Positions 33,177 through 45,700 of a stretch of DNA of 64,000 nt are shown in pieces. Within the stretch, counting starts at the first letter, position 1. Each line of letters begins with the position of its first letter. The notes under the pieces are model-generated. The model saw only the letters and a list, made by a program, of their open reading frames with translations, did not search any database and was not told where the DNA came from. A program made the translations under genes and the position numbers. The stretch is from positions 7,720,483 through 7,784,482 of the forward strand of contig SMSO01000032.1 of the NCBI GenBank assembly GCA_004764695.1. The letters are read 5' to 3'. The stretch comes from Schizochytrium sp. TIO01. Taxonomy: Eukaryota > Protista > Bigyra: Labyrinthulomycetes.

Positions 33177-33872
33177 TCATTTTTTAGCACGGGAGGATGA
33201 AATTACAAAGCCAGCCACAAGAATTCCGCAGATTCCAAGAAGTTGGTAGCTATAAGATGTTGACTCGACTTCAGGTTCTGCTTTGTATGTTTCAGAGGCG
33301 CGGCAAAATATTTGGTTACAGCAGTGACGTTCAATGATACACATATCTGTCTTGAATTCTTTTTGTGTACATGGGTTTGTAGTGGATGGCTCGAGACCGA
33401 TGGGGCATCTCGGCTGCTCATCGCAACAATCAGTATCATCATCAACAAAAGTCTCTCCAGCTGAGGCTGTGTTGCTTAAATCTTCATATGGGTTCGTGGT
33501 TCCTCTGGGGTCACGACCAGGTAGTGGACAAAAGGCCTTCCAGTCATCAGTTTTCCCGTAACATGCTGTATCCATGATAAGGCAGTCCGTGTTGCATCCT
33601 GCTTGTGTCTGCCAGAAGCATCCGGCACCTGTACATTCCTCACACCCTTGGTATTCTGTGCACGCTCTTTTCACATCCTGGTCCAAGTCGCGCTCATCCA
33701 TCATGCTTCCTAGGCGCAGCGACCGACTTGTCCCATAGATTTTATCAGAGATTGAAGAGGCAAGAGGGTCTGCTTCAGAGAGGGCTTGATTCGGATGGGC
33801 TAGCCCGACCAAGGTGATAGCCATAACGAACCACCCTGCAAAACATAGTCTTGATTGCCCAGTATACATCAT
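33177..33872 (-). CDS. Small Cys-rich type I membrane/secreted protein with PSI-like module
   Basis: N-terminal hydrophobic signal-like segment. Two Cys-rich blocks (CTEYQGCEECTGAGCFW...C and CCDEQPRC...CCNQIFC). C-terminal TM helix followed by SSSRAKK. Confidence 0.75.
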   Translation of the reverse strand: MMYTGQSRLCFAGWFVMAITLVGLAHPNQALSEADPLASSISDKIYGTSRSLRLGSMMDERDLDQDVKRACTEYQGCEECTGAGCFWQTQAGCNTDCLIMDTACYGKTDDWKAFCPLPGRDPRGTTNPYEDLSNTASAGETFVDDDTDCCDEQPRCPIGLEPSTTNPCTQKEFKTDMCIIERHCCNQIFCRASETYKAEPEVESTSYSYQLLGICGILVAGFVISSSRAKK

Positions 33873-33920
33873 ATCTTGGCTGGATTGTTAGACTTCCTTC
33901 GCTGCTCAGTCGTCCGGCCG

Positions 33921-33957
33921 TCTGTCTGTCTGCCTGCCTGCCTGCCTGCCTGCCTGC
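33921..33957. repeat. Compound (TCTG)n(CCTG)n microsatellite just upstream of the Cys-rich membrane protein
   Basis: Read directly from the sequence; it produces the spurious ACLP/GRQA repeat ORFs. Confidence 0.85.
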
Positions 33958-36817
33958 TCTCTATCTTGTCTGCTCGTTCGATCGCTAGCTTCTGCTTGTT
34001 GTCCTGCTCGCTTTTTCGCTTAAATTCGTGTTTGGGTGAAGCAGTGAAGACAAGGAAAGAAGGAGAAAAAAGGAAGGAAGGAAGAAAGGCGAACAAAACT
34101 TTCAAGTTCTTTCTTCTATTTGTTTTCATCTTTTTAAAAGAATCTCAACTTTAGAGGTAGGTAGGTATTAATTAGGTAAGTAGGCTCCTAAATATTTTGT
34201 GAATTTCGAAAAAAAGCTCCGAGTTACGATCAAACTAACTAAAACTAGATATCACCAGTACTAATGATCATTAACCAAATGCTAACTCTACCTTCTCTTC
34301 AACTTGAATTCATTTTAGGTAGGTAGGTACATATTATCTATTACCTATCATTAGCAGTTGTAGCTTTAAAAAATTCTATATATGTTGTGCAATCGTGACT
34401 TGTCGTATTTGATCAATATATGAAAGGCCCATTCCATATTATTGTATTTCATCTACTACCTTTTTAATTATACCATTGAATACTTTGATTAAAAAATACT
34501 TTTAAAATGGAAAAGGAATACCATACTACTAAATACTATAGTAGTAGTGGGTTTGCTATTGAAAAGAATTGCTGAGAGAGTTAATTCGTCGGATTGCAGG
34601 TGGTGCTCGCAAAACCTCTCTCACTCACTCTCTCTCTGTCTCTCTTCCATGACTCGTAAAAATTAGAACTTATACTTTCAGAGCCATTGCCATTTCTTAG
34701 AAAACAGGGTAAAGCTCATTTATACTGATGTCATTGAACGAGTATTTTTTTTATCGCCTCCATCAATCCGTTTGACATGCGAGAGCAAAGTAATTATTAT
34801 TCTTTTGTAGTACCATAGCAGTTTGATACCTCGCAAGGTAATCTATCAATTAATGAGCACCTTCTTGAGTTTCAACCTAGTAGGAGTCACTATCTGACCA
34901 GTTAAAGGTAATGAGTGAATGCTTTTATTATTATTATTATTAATTTTATTTTTTATAAATTAAAATAAAATTCATATACAATGGTTTATATTGCCTATTG
35001 TTGCCATTTACAAAATTTACCGGTACTCGCCGTACAGATATTGTACACCTGAGAGCCTTCCCAGTTTTACTTGGGTAGTTCAAGTCCAAGTATATCCCTC
35101 ATACTACCTGAGAAAAAACCTTTATCTCTGGATACTAAATGGTTTAGTGTAGGTCTGCTGGTTTTATTTGGCACAGGCAGCTGTAGATTGTAGGACGTGC
35201 TCGATTCCCTGATCCGAAACGTTGAATCCAGTTAGCATGAGGATCTCTTTTTCATTTTTTTAAATCAAGCCATATAAATCGCATCATCTATTCCTTCTTT
35301 TATGTCTATATGTATTATATGCTAGTCAGAGATTTATATAGTAATTTGAGACTCAAAAACTCAAGTAAGAACGCACCTGTAGGCTCTTCATTCATAAATA
35401 TTAAAAATAAAAATAAAAATGGAAAATATTGGCATATATATTTTTTAACTTTATTTTAAAAATTAAGAGTTCACACTTAAGTATCTAATAGGTACATACT
35501 ATCTACTTAGTACGCGAATTATAATGTAAAACTGGTTCAAAACTTTTGCTTGGTACTACTACCTATTGAGATATTGCTGTTGAGTACCACCAGCCGTATC
35601 AACAGTTCAACATAGTCATACTTCATCTCGTGCTGCGACACTGATTTTGTGATGAGCTTCCAGTTTCTGCTTATTTTACTTACACCCCGCTGTACAACGT
35701 ATTGAATATCAACTACATATTTGGGCGCACGCTGTTTACGTACACGAAGTTTGAAAAGTTGGCGCGTGCTTCTTCAAACCTCCGCTCCACACGTACTATC
35801 TAACCACATTATATTGGGTTGTGTCTGGTGGGTCCTCACGCACCAAATTGAGATTTTTTATTGTATGCTAATTATACACTACCTGCTAGAAACCTTGAAA
35901 GGAGCACAAGTATGTGTTTGGAAAGCGCAAGAGCTTCGACATAAGAGTAATTTCGGGAGATAAACAAAACGATTTTAAAACCACTGATTGACGATGACCA
36001 TCTAAGAGCTATGCTATTTAAAGTGAGAGCGTCAGACTGCTTGCAGCTCAGAGACGAAAAAAAAAAAATTCAAATCAGCTCAAAGATTTGAAGCGGGCGT
36101 TTTCTTGTTAAATTGAATGAACAAAACAACTATCTATGAATGATTTGACAAGATTCCACTAGTATCAAAAAGCACGTCAGACAGCTCTACGAGTGATGAT
36201 TGTGTGCTCAGTCTGTCACCCTCATTTGGTTCTTTGATTGTTGATTACTAAGTCCTCTAACTAAGCTCGTTTGTGAAGTGGAACTAAAAACTCGAACTTC
36301 AACAAAATAATGCTATTTTCAAATAGTAAGTAGATAGAATCATTTCCGCTGGAGGTTGCTGGGAACCATGTACCCACTTGGATAAATGCATAGGTATGTG
36401 ACATCGGCATTGTCGTGTGAGCTTTAGCTTGCCGCTATCTTTTAAATGCTGGTGCTCAACTTTTTGAGGCAAATTATTGATACTTGAAGTTGCAAGTCTT
36501 GTTTTGTTTCTCATCTCTGTTGCTCTCCCTTCTGGAGTAATTATTTTCAATTCATGCAACCATGCCTTTTGGAAAACGTTTAATCAAGCAATTCTGAAAA
36601 TTTAAGATCTCAAATATTTCCACGCTGGACACGCCTTCCACGGTGTTGGCTAAGATTGTTTTTTTACAGGTCCTCGTATGCAATTCATTTTGTTCAATTG
36701 AATAAAATCCATAACAACATGAGAAATGAATCTACGCAGCAATTGAAGGTGAACATCAAATATCCGATAAGAGAATTGAGCTTGAGATACTTTGAGGGGA
36801 AATCCCTCTAAACTAGC

Positions 36818-36852
36818 AAAAAATTAAAAAAATTAAAAAAATTAAAAAAATT
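36818..36852. repeat. (A6-7TT)x4 phased A-tract repeat
   Basis: Read directly from the sequence. Confidence 0.75.
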
Positions 36853-37847
36853 GTCATTTTTTATCAAACATTTTTCGAGAGATTTCTGCTAAATTCTCTT
36901 TTTGCGCTACAAATCAGCGTGGTATTACAATTAAAAGGGGAGCTCCTTCGAAGAAGGCAAAACACTTCAAACGTTATTGTTTTTCTCCAAACCAGTGATT
37001 CTTATATTCTTGAATAGGAATCTAGATCTGAAGGAGCTCTTCCTTGGGTACTTGATTTGTTTGACTACTTGGAATATACGAATTGAACATAGAGACTGCA
37101 TTCAGAGTGGATTTGGATTTTGCTCAGATATGGTGGCATTATATTTAGGCCTGGGTCTATATTAGAAAATAGATGTATCAAAATAATCATGTATATTCTT
37201 CAGCTAATGATTATCATGCCAATCTCATTTTCATTCACATTTTTTTTAGAGAAGCAGACCTACAACTTGGCCAAAGTAAGTTACTTGCGTAGAAGCTAGT
37301 TTCACCTTGTTTTTTACTTTTCTGATGCTCACGTCGCGGAAAGAAATTTTTGTATCTGAGTAGGAAACTTTCTTTATATTCAACCTGGAGTGACAAAAAC
37401 TAAAGTATGTAACACACTAATGGATCACAGCAGCAGCACGCTGTCTCTGCTCTAGGAATCAGAATAACTGTAAAAGTTTAGGCTTAGTGCCAGGTAAAGA
37501 TTTCCACATGCAATTGTATTATTACTTACTATTATAAATTAAAAGCAAAACTTTTAAAAACATGAAATATATGATACTTTACGTACCACATTAAGTGAAG
37601 TATTATCTTAGACTAGCTAGTTATGTCCAGCTAATTTTTACTATGTTAAATCATATTGGCTTACGTGAGAGTAAAATGTTCTACGAATATGACCAAGTAA
37701 AAGGATGTGAGAATGAGAAGCAGTGGACGCTCCTTTTCGCAGGAGCGAGCCTTGCTGCTGCCCACCATACAGGAATATATTGCCAAGTTTAATTGGCTAT
37801 TGTGACGGCCCTGCACTACCCTCTAATATTCGATTTGGCTTGAGATA

Positions 37848-38963
37848 ATGGCCGCTCTACTCACTCCGCTGCCTCGCATCATTATCCTGGACGGCAGCGC
37901 AAACTCAGACCAACCTAGCCTTGCCGCGGCCTTGACAGAGAGATATCACAATCTCCTCCCTTTGGACCATCCGCTCGAATATCTGCCTGGTTGCGAAGGA
38001 AAGAACAAAGATCAGAGTATTGGTAAAGTATGGCAAATTGATACAAAATATTATACTGCAACCACACGTGTAGAAACCTTCAATCCTCAAGACGCCGTTG
38101 CTTCTTCACAAGATGAGTTTTGGTGGGAGGGAATTCAAGCTGTTATCTTCGCAATCGACATGGCTAAACCTTCTGAATGTATCCAGGCTTATACTTCTCT
38201 GCTGGAAAGAGCCGAAGACATAGACACTTTCGTCTGTGTTGGCCTAGTTGCGGGTGCTACTCACAGCGAAATTGTTGGGACAGCCACAAAAACTCTGAGT
38301 GTAGTGGAGTCACTGCTCGAAGATGTTGATCCCTCTATTGAGTTTATTCCTGTCAAGTTAGAAAACTATTTAAACAAGAGTGCTTCCTTAGAACGAGATT
38401 CTGATGGATCTAAGCTTGGACTTGACAGATTGGCAGAAGTTTTGGAGACAACAATGTGGAGTAACATGCAGCCAAAAACGCTTTCAAGTACTACTACATC
38501 TGAAACCTTGAGCCAAGAAAACATGCAACTCTCATGGAATGAATCTAACTCCTCGCTATCAAGTGCTCCTTCGTTTTCTCACGAAGCGGAAGGTCGTTCG
38601 TGTGATGCTTCTGAAGACTCAGGTTCTTGCATGGTTAAATGCCCTGTGGATACAATAGTTGAAGCACCATCTGTTGACGCATCTTGTCACAACAAGTCAA
38701 GCTTTCAGCTCGCAAACAGTACGAATGAGCCTGAGGATATTGCTCTAGTGGCTACAGCTGCTGCAGCGATGAAAACAGATTCTAATATAGATGATCTTGC
38801 AATTCTGATGGACGAGGTTCGCCGCGTCAAGTCTCTTCACGGGACGAGATCTAGAGATCAACATGTGCAAGAAGCTACACTTATCGCGATGCGCCTCGCT
38901 GCTGCTCTTGGTCTTGATGGGGATTGTGACGACGAGAGCGTTGAAGATACGAATGATATTTAA
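37848..38963 (+). CDS. AAGAB: Alpha/gamma-adaptin-binding protein p34 (AP-complex assembly chaperone; Irc6 family)
   Basis: Signature WQIDTKYYTA, then GIQAVIFAID, GLDRLAEVLETTMWSNM, and a C-terminal helical block LMDEVRRVK...EATLIAMRL. Confidence 0.82.
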   Translation: MAALLTPLPRIIILDGSANSDQPSLAAALTERYHNLLPLDHPLEYLPGCEGKNKDQSIGKVWQIDTKYYTATTRVETFNPQDAVASSQDEFWWEGIQAVIFAIDMAKPSECIQAYTSLLERAEDIDTFVCVGLVAGATHSEIVGTATKTLSVVESLLEDVDPSIEFIPVKLENYLNKSASLERDSDGSKLGLDRLAEVLETTMWSNMQPKTLSSTTTSETLSQENMQLSWNESNSSLSSAPSFSHEAEGRSCDASEDSGSCMVKCPVDTIVEAPSVDASCHNKSSFQLANSTNEPEDIALVATAAAAMKTDSNIDDLAILMDEVRRVKSLHGTRSRDQHVQEATLIAMRLAAALGLDGDCDDESVEDTNDI

Positions 38964-39510
38964 TATCATCATTTTGGTACTGCCGGTGGGTTTCACTTAT
39001 TTTCACAAAGTATTGGCCCCTGTGATTGGTGGCAACATTTTGAGTGTGCGTCTCTTTGCTGTCACTATCAGGTGCTGTGGTTGATCAATATTCGCAAGCG
39101 TCTGATACGTTAGCCTTGAGTAGTCAGAGTATTATTGAAAAGTGTCCAGAAATACAAATTATATGAATTCAAGGTATTGCAAAAGCAAAAGCTGCAGAGG
39201 CTAAATTCCTGTTTCGAGTTCCAATGTTTGAAGCTTGCTTATAAATTCTTAATATAAAATCAGCACACCTCTCGCCCATGTTATAAATTCCAAACGCCTT
39301 CAAAAAATAATCTCTGGTGCCTCAAATACTTTGGAAATAGAACCTATAATTTAACTATACATACAGCGGCAGATTTTTTTTTTAAAAGTAACCTCCTTTG
39401 AGTGAAGCAGTTGGTCACACTTAAAAGAATGTTGAAGAAAAATTTCTTAGGAATCCCAGCAGAGCTTTTTCTATTGACCAAAGAAAACATCCCTTCGGAT
39501 TTTAGCATTT

Positions 39511-41892
39511 CTAAAAATGAGACGACTCTCGTTTCCGTAATGCTTCTAAGATTGCAATGAAACGGTCGTATATAGGGTCAGAAGAGTCACCTAGGGTCTC
39601 GAATACCGTAAGCATTTCAAAGGAAATCTTTTCTGCTGTAAGAGCATCCTGAGGGTTATGTGTCCCAACATACTGCAGCCAGCGGATGGAAGCTAAAGCA
39701 GCATTTTTGGCAACATCACCTACCGAAACAGATATGGTCTCGGTCACCTTTACGTTAAGGACAACCTGAGACAGAAGATCCACACTTTCTTTAAGACCGG
39801 AAGCATAAAACGGTGAAGAGTAATCTCTTTGCAGCGCCGCTGAGAGAAGGAAAAGTGCACGTTGGTACACAGAATCCCATAGAATACACAACGCAGCATA
39901 CTCCCATGTACCTGAGACGATTCTGTTAGCTTTTGGAACGGCTGAGAGAATTCTGAGTACGGGATTAAGATGAGCGCGAGACTCATGACGCCACTTGTCC
40001 AACCAAACATCATCAATCAATGTATGATTTGGCTCACTTGAGTCCTTTCGAGTTGGAATAAATTCAAGCGGAAATACTTTCCAAACAATTCCATGAGGAA
40101 CCAGAAAAATTCCTCCAGGATAAGAATTATCCGGTCCAAGCTTGCTGTCGTCAAGACTGTGTAGGTCAATGAATACCTCTCCCTTGAACTGAACAGCATT
40201 ACTACGGCAGAATTGAACTACCATTTGGCTATTCGTCTCAGATCCGCGTTGTGTCTCCATTCCATGTTTGGGAAGCTTTGGAAATGTCACATTTGGGTAT
40301 AATGGCGCTTGCTTAGAATGAAACCACGGATAAGGCATCATTTGAAATGATAAATGAGTCACATCAGGCCGCTTCCCTTGACATGCTTGCTTAAATCGAA
40401 CCGAGTTCCAATTCATATCCGTATGCGAGACAAGAAGAGCCCCAGTTGGGAGGCTAGCGAGCAGGGTGTCTGCATAAGCTCCTATGAGGTAACTCTGAGA
40501 GTTGGTATCATTTGTTGCAACTTGTTTACTGATCAATGCAAGGGTGGCAAGACCCACTAACACAAGCAAGGGGATTCGCATTCGAGAAGCCTGCTTCTCA
40601 AGAAACTCGCTCGACCGAATCGCACCGAGACCCAACCAAACACAGATAATCAAATGTGGTTGAATCCAAAAGCGCCGGTGAACCTCGCGTGACATTGACA
40701 TTGACAATGGCAAATTTGCCAACGAGTGGAAAACAGCGAAATAGAAGACAAAAGCAAGCAACAGAGCAATGCCTAAATGGGAGTTACGGATACTTGTCAT
40801 AGCTCCATAAACTACGAGTGCTGGTGCAGCTAGAGGCAGTGCTATAGTTTGCTCTAGTACAAGATCTTGTATATAAGCCCATGATCGCTCTACGAAACCT
40901 TCACTGAAGCCTTTAAAACCACTAAGTGTCATAGTGCCATACTCTTGACGGAAGAAATGCCGAAGGAGCCCAGGTAAAGTATCCGTCGCACCCCATGATC
41001 CAATTTTTGGTTCACCTGCTGAAATGTAGAGATATAGATACGGAGAAAGTCCTGCGAGGCCTGCAACTCCATAGTAAATCCAACGACGAACATTCCAGGG
41101 TCTGTCAAGCCAGAATACAACATAAAAAACTAAAGGAACCTGAAACAGAATACTAGTGTGCTGATTTGACATACCTAAGCCACATACAAACGCCCCAAAG
41201 CAGATCGTTTGGGTGCGCTTTGGGCCCAAAATTTCTTGTTTACGAGATAAGAGCACTGTTAAGAAAATAAGGATACTGCACAACAGGTTATTCAAGGCAA
41301 ACACCTCTGCGCCGACAGTATATGACCACACCAAAGGAGACATTGAAAATGCAACACCAGCCATAATAGATACTGCAATGTGCAGAAAACAATTTATTGA
41401 AGACGGCCGTGGCCACAGCAGGATAGAGAGTGAAACAAAGCCACTGGCACCAGAACCGCAAAGGACACTAGCCAAGTTTGCGGCCTTTGCACTCGACAGC
41501 CAGGGAGCTGTCAGCTTCATAAATGTATGTGTAAACAAGATAAAGAGCGGGTATCCTGGCGGGTGAGCAACACCTAGTAAACAGGCCTCGGCTAGAAGCT
41601 CTCCAGAGTCGCCGCCGGGAACATCATCATAAATGTGTTCCCATTGGGCAGCACTTGTCAGAGTAAAGGTGACACTCCACACCAGAAAAGTGCTGACCAA
41701 ATTCGAGCTCCAGGAGTGAGCTTCTGCAGGTACGTGGGCCTTTCCTCTGGTTAGCAGATCGCTGTTGCTGGATTGTGACAGTTGGCTCCTCTTTTTCAGT
41801 CTCGCGGTTGCTTTTGCTTTGCCCTTCTTATGAAACGATACACTAGCCCTGCCTGTTATATTTTGGCCAACTTGTCGTTCCGAACGTGACAT
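39511..41892 (-). CDS. TMEM260: TMEM260/DUF2723-family GT-C protein O-mannosyltransferase
   Basis: Motifs GGDSGEL....LGVAHPPGYPLF, AEVFALNN, NQHT, WG and R.EYGT; multiple TM helices; luminal C-terminal domain. First ATG at 41892. Confidence 0.9.
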   Translation of the reverse strand: MSRSERQVGQNITGRASVSFHKKGKAKATARLKKRSQLSQSSNSDLLTRGKAHVPAEAHSWSSNLVSTFLVWSVTFTLTSAAQWEHIYDDVPGGDSGELLAEACLLGVAHPPGYPLFILFTHTFMKLTAPWLSSAKAANLASVLCGSGASGFVSLSILLWPRPSSINCFLHIAVSIMAGVAFSMSPLVWSYTVGAEVFALNNLLCSILIFLTVLLSRKQEILGPKRTQTICFGAFVCGLGMSNQHTSILFQVPLVFYVVFWLDRPWNVRRWIYYGVAGLAGLSPYLYLYISAGEPKIGSWGATDTLPGLLRHFFRQEYGTMTLSGFKGFSEGFVERSWAYIQDLVLEQTIALPLAAPALVVYGAMTSIRNSHLGIALLLAFVFYFAVFHSLANLPLSMSMSREVHRRFWIQPHLIICVWLGLGAIRSSEFLEKQASRMRIPLLVLVGLATLALISKQVATNDTNSQSYLIGAYADTLLASLPTGALLVSHTDMNWNSVRFKQACQGKRPDVTHLSFQMMPYPWFHSKQAPLYPNVTFPKLPKHGMETQRGSETNSQMVVQFCRSNAVQFKGEVFIDLHSLDDSKLGPDNSYPGGIFLVPHGIVWKVFPLEFIPTRKDSSEPNHTLIDDVWLDKWRHESRAHLNPVLRILSAVPKANRIVSGTWEYAALCILWDSVYQRALFLLSAALQRDYSSPFYASGLKESVDLLSQVVLNVKVTETISVSVGDVAKNAALASIRWLQYVGTHNPQDALTAEKISFEMLTVFETLGDSSDPIYDRFIAILEALRKRESSHF

Positions 41893-42723
41893 AGTGCAAA
41901 GCGAGCTTGCCAAGTCACCGCTTTGGTTGCATCGCCTGATGCAACGTCCTTCTTAAGGACTAAGGAAATGCTTTCCGAGTATGAATCCAATTTAACTGAA
42001 AATTTGTCATGCAGTTTCGCTATTTTCCTGAATTTCCAGAACCAGGAAATCAATATTTAATTTGTAGCCTTTTCATAATTGTTGCTGGCTTAGAGTGCGT
42101 CATAAACAGAAAGCAAAACATTAAGAAATCATGCATGCTGGCACCGAGTTACTCCACTACCGGTACCAATCTTACATGACCGGCAAAATGACAAACCATC
42201 AAATATGGCTCACCCAGTTATATTGTTTTAGCTTGAGTATTTACTGAAGATAAAAGATCTTAACTTAGTACCTCTGACTAGTGAAAGTAATCATTTATGA
42301 ATTTGGCAGCTAGATACCATCGTAGATCAACTTTAGAGTATTTTATTTTACTTTTCGCTTGGAAAGCCGTAAAGGGGTCACCTATATACGTAGTAAAGTC
42401 ATTAAAACAATTATTCTTTTTAAAGACTTAATTAATTTTCCTATTAATTTTACTTTTCTAAAAAAATATGCAATAAAACATGTTTAACTAAAAAATCATC
42501 AACCATGTAGGGCAAGCGTGGATAATAGATCTTCGCAGATTGTAGCTACAGCAGAAGTGCTTCATTTGTTTAGCTCGTCACAGCTGAGTGGGTACAGAAG
42601 GAGACAACTCTCTAACCTCTCGAGGCTTTGAGTCGAACAGGTTGTTAAGGTCTCTGAGGGTTTTTGAAAAGTTGAAGAAAATAAGTAGAGAGCTTGGCTC
42701 CTTCAGACAGCTAGGTCTCTGCC

Positions 42724-45700
42724 ATGCTGGCACTCGGCCCACCAGATATTCTCCGCGTAGACGCTCAGCATATTTGGCAGGAAGGAGATGATCTAAATTC
42801 AAAGGAAGGAGATTCTAGACGCACTCAAACTGTCTCGAACCTACCTAACCACTTGAGTGATCGCCTCTTACTTGTTGAAGCAACACTTACAGGCGATCTC
42901 GTGCTTTGTGTTGGGACCAACTTTGTCACAGTACTAGCCTGCAATGGTGAACGGGATTGGACACCCGTCGGAAGCTGCCGGCGCCCCTCCTTTGGCAAGA
43001 GCTTTGTTGACGCTAGTCAAGCTGCATGGAATGCGGACGGTTCATCTTTTGCAATTTGTAACTCACACGGTATCGCAGAATTCTATGATGTCTCAAAGTT
43101 GGATAAGGTTCCCATCCGTATATCTCGTCCTGGGTGGTTAGAGGACACATACCCTGATCGCCGCGCTGCAAATCTTCGACAGGTACAATTTCGCTGCTCC
43201 GTGAAGAGTACTGTGGAAGGCGAGTCTATTTTTTTGCACTCTGTTGTCCAACATCGACTATGGCTTCTAATGGGAACGTCGCGAGGTAGTATCGTACGAG
43301 TCTTATGGACTGGTGAGGTTGTCATTGATCGCGAAGTAGATGCTATGCCTGGAACAGCTGCAAAGGCTACTATCAGCCAGCTATCTATTGGCTGGCAACA
43401 GCGTGTTGGTTTTGTAAGCGCAACCGGCTGTGCAGGAGTCTACTCACGTACAGAAGATAGCACTCATGTTTACCACCTTTGTGAGAAAGATGCAATGTCT
43501 ATAGCAATGCATCGCAACCGACCCCTAGCGCTAGTTGGATTTCGTCTTGGTACAATCAATGTTTATGCTGTAGGGCGTACAGCTCATCGTGTGCTAAGAC
43601 GTATTGCTTTTCCTGTCCATGAGCTCCCACAACATCTGGATGCTCGAGCATCTGTTCGTCGTAGTGGCGGCGATTTTGCAACCTCAAATACGCTACGCTG
43701 GTGCCCAGATGGGAGCAATTTCTTTGTTGTAGGATATACTGATGTCGGTTTAATGGTGTGGTCAAGCACCGGCGCAAAGGCCACCTCCATACTGCTATCA
43801 AAGGCGGCACTAGACGAGGAGATTGTCACTCAACCGAAATGTGCGTGGGCTCTTAAAGGTTATGCTCTCGTTACCAAACCTTCGCACTCATCTGAATGCC
43901 CCGGGGGCGGGGGGTACACAGTCTCTTTCCAAGACTTTGTTAAAAGCTGCACCGGACCACAGCATCTTATTGGAGGCACAACATCAATGTGTCTGCAAGG
44001 CTGGAATTACATTCTTGCATTGCAAAATCAAGAATGGGATGTGAATAGCCTTTCATGGCGACGCGTAGATGTGCCAGGTATTTACCTTCGGGACAACTGG
44101 CCTATTCGTTCTGCAACTACTAGTATGTCAGGAAACCTCGTTGCAGTTAGTGCAGCACACGGCTTTGCGGTTTACTCTCATACAACTAAACGATGGAACA
44201 TTATTGATGAGTTCTATGAAGACAAGGCGGCCCCTGCGTTTTCTCATTTTTGGTGGGGGGACGAATTTTTGTTTGTAATACAATGGGACGCAAGCGCCCA
44301 ATCGTGGGAACTTCTTGCCTATCAACCAGACGAATTACGTGCAACTGCCGTGTTGGGTCGCGTGCACCTTCCAAGTCGGCCCGTTGGATTTGATACATTG
44401 TATGCTGAAAATATTCTTGTTGTGCAGTTCCACAGCCAGCTTTGTGTCTTCCATGTCCAATCGAGCCACAACATCGGTCATGTGCCTGAAACGGTGGCTG
44501 AAGACCCTGGGTCTGCCTCTGAAGGAGAGGAGGATAGCCCATACCGCCGAGCGCCTATCGCAGGCGCGAAACGCGTTCTTGATCCTGCAGCAGAGCGAAG
44601 TTGTGAAAATCAGCCACATAAGCCGGCTCGCCGACACTTTGTATTTCGACGTGCTTCCTCTGCCACTCACCAGCCTGCAACCCATGGTATAGTAACCAGG
44701 GTATCTATCACCCTCCAACAAACAGTGGAACTTTCATTTCTCGACAATCACGAACAGAGGGAGATACCTATGGCTCTTTGTGTGATGCCATGTGGAGCAA
44801 CTCGCAGGGCTGGAATTCCTATAAGATTTCCCAAGTGTGCAGTCCTGACAAGTTCGGGCGATCTTTATGTTGTAGACACGGATGAAGGTTTACATCGAAA
44901 GGTTTGTTCCGGAGTATTCCGTATTATGCCTCAATCATGGTCAAAAATTGATCAGAGTGACGACATTGTTCTTGAAAGTGTTCTAGAAAGAAATGTGCGC
45001 CGTGACCATGAATCTGGAGTGAGTAATGGGAGTCTTACGGGTATTCTACACCGTTCGCCATCAGGTTACCTATCCTATGAAGGAACACCTAAGCTCCCAG
45101 CTGCCTTACTTTATACGATATGGATTCTTGATGCACATGGACTTCGCCTTTGGCTTCCAGCATTGGACCCTGACGCGGAGCAGATTGATACACGAGGCGC
45201 TGCTGCTTACTGGGATGTTCTTCCGCTCGGAGTTTTAGAGACGCACGGTCTTGTTGTTGGCATCTCGCAGCGATCACGAAACATTACCCAGGAGCACTTA
45301 CCGTGCTACGAGATGTCAGTTCGCGTGAGCCCAAGTACCCACGGAATTTTACAATGGCTTGTACAAGCCGGACGCCAGGATTTAGCCTCACAAGTACTTG
45401 TTCAAGCAAGTACACATCTCCCATTGTTCCAAAGCACGTTAGATCTATTTTTGTTTAATGTCGTCGAAACCGACTTTAAGCATCGTGACGAATCGCCCGC
45501 GGAACACCGATTCTTACTACCTGATGTGATATCCTTATTACGAAAAGGGAAAATTGCTGCGATCTTAAACTCAAGAGCCTATGATACGCTTGTGATCACC
45601 TGTGCGCGGAAAATGGAAACAAGTCGCTGGGATCTTTTTTTCAAATGGGCTGGGAACCCTGAGCAGATTTTCAACGACTCCATCTACGCAGGGGATTTGC

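Noticed and set aside
33855-34154. ORFs with ACLP/GRQA repeats
   Set aside because: Translations of a (CCTG)n microsatellite and purine-rich leader sequence.
34200-37800. Second long gene-free region with 60-86 aa ORFs
   Set aside because: AT-rich, non-ATG starts and no recognisable protein motifs.
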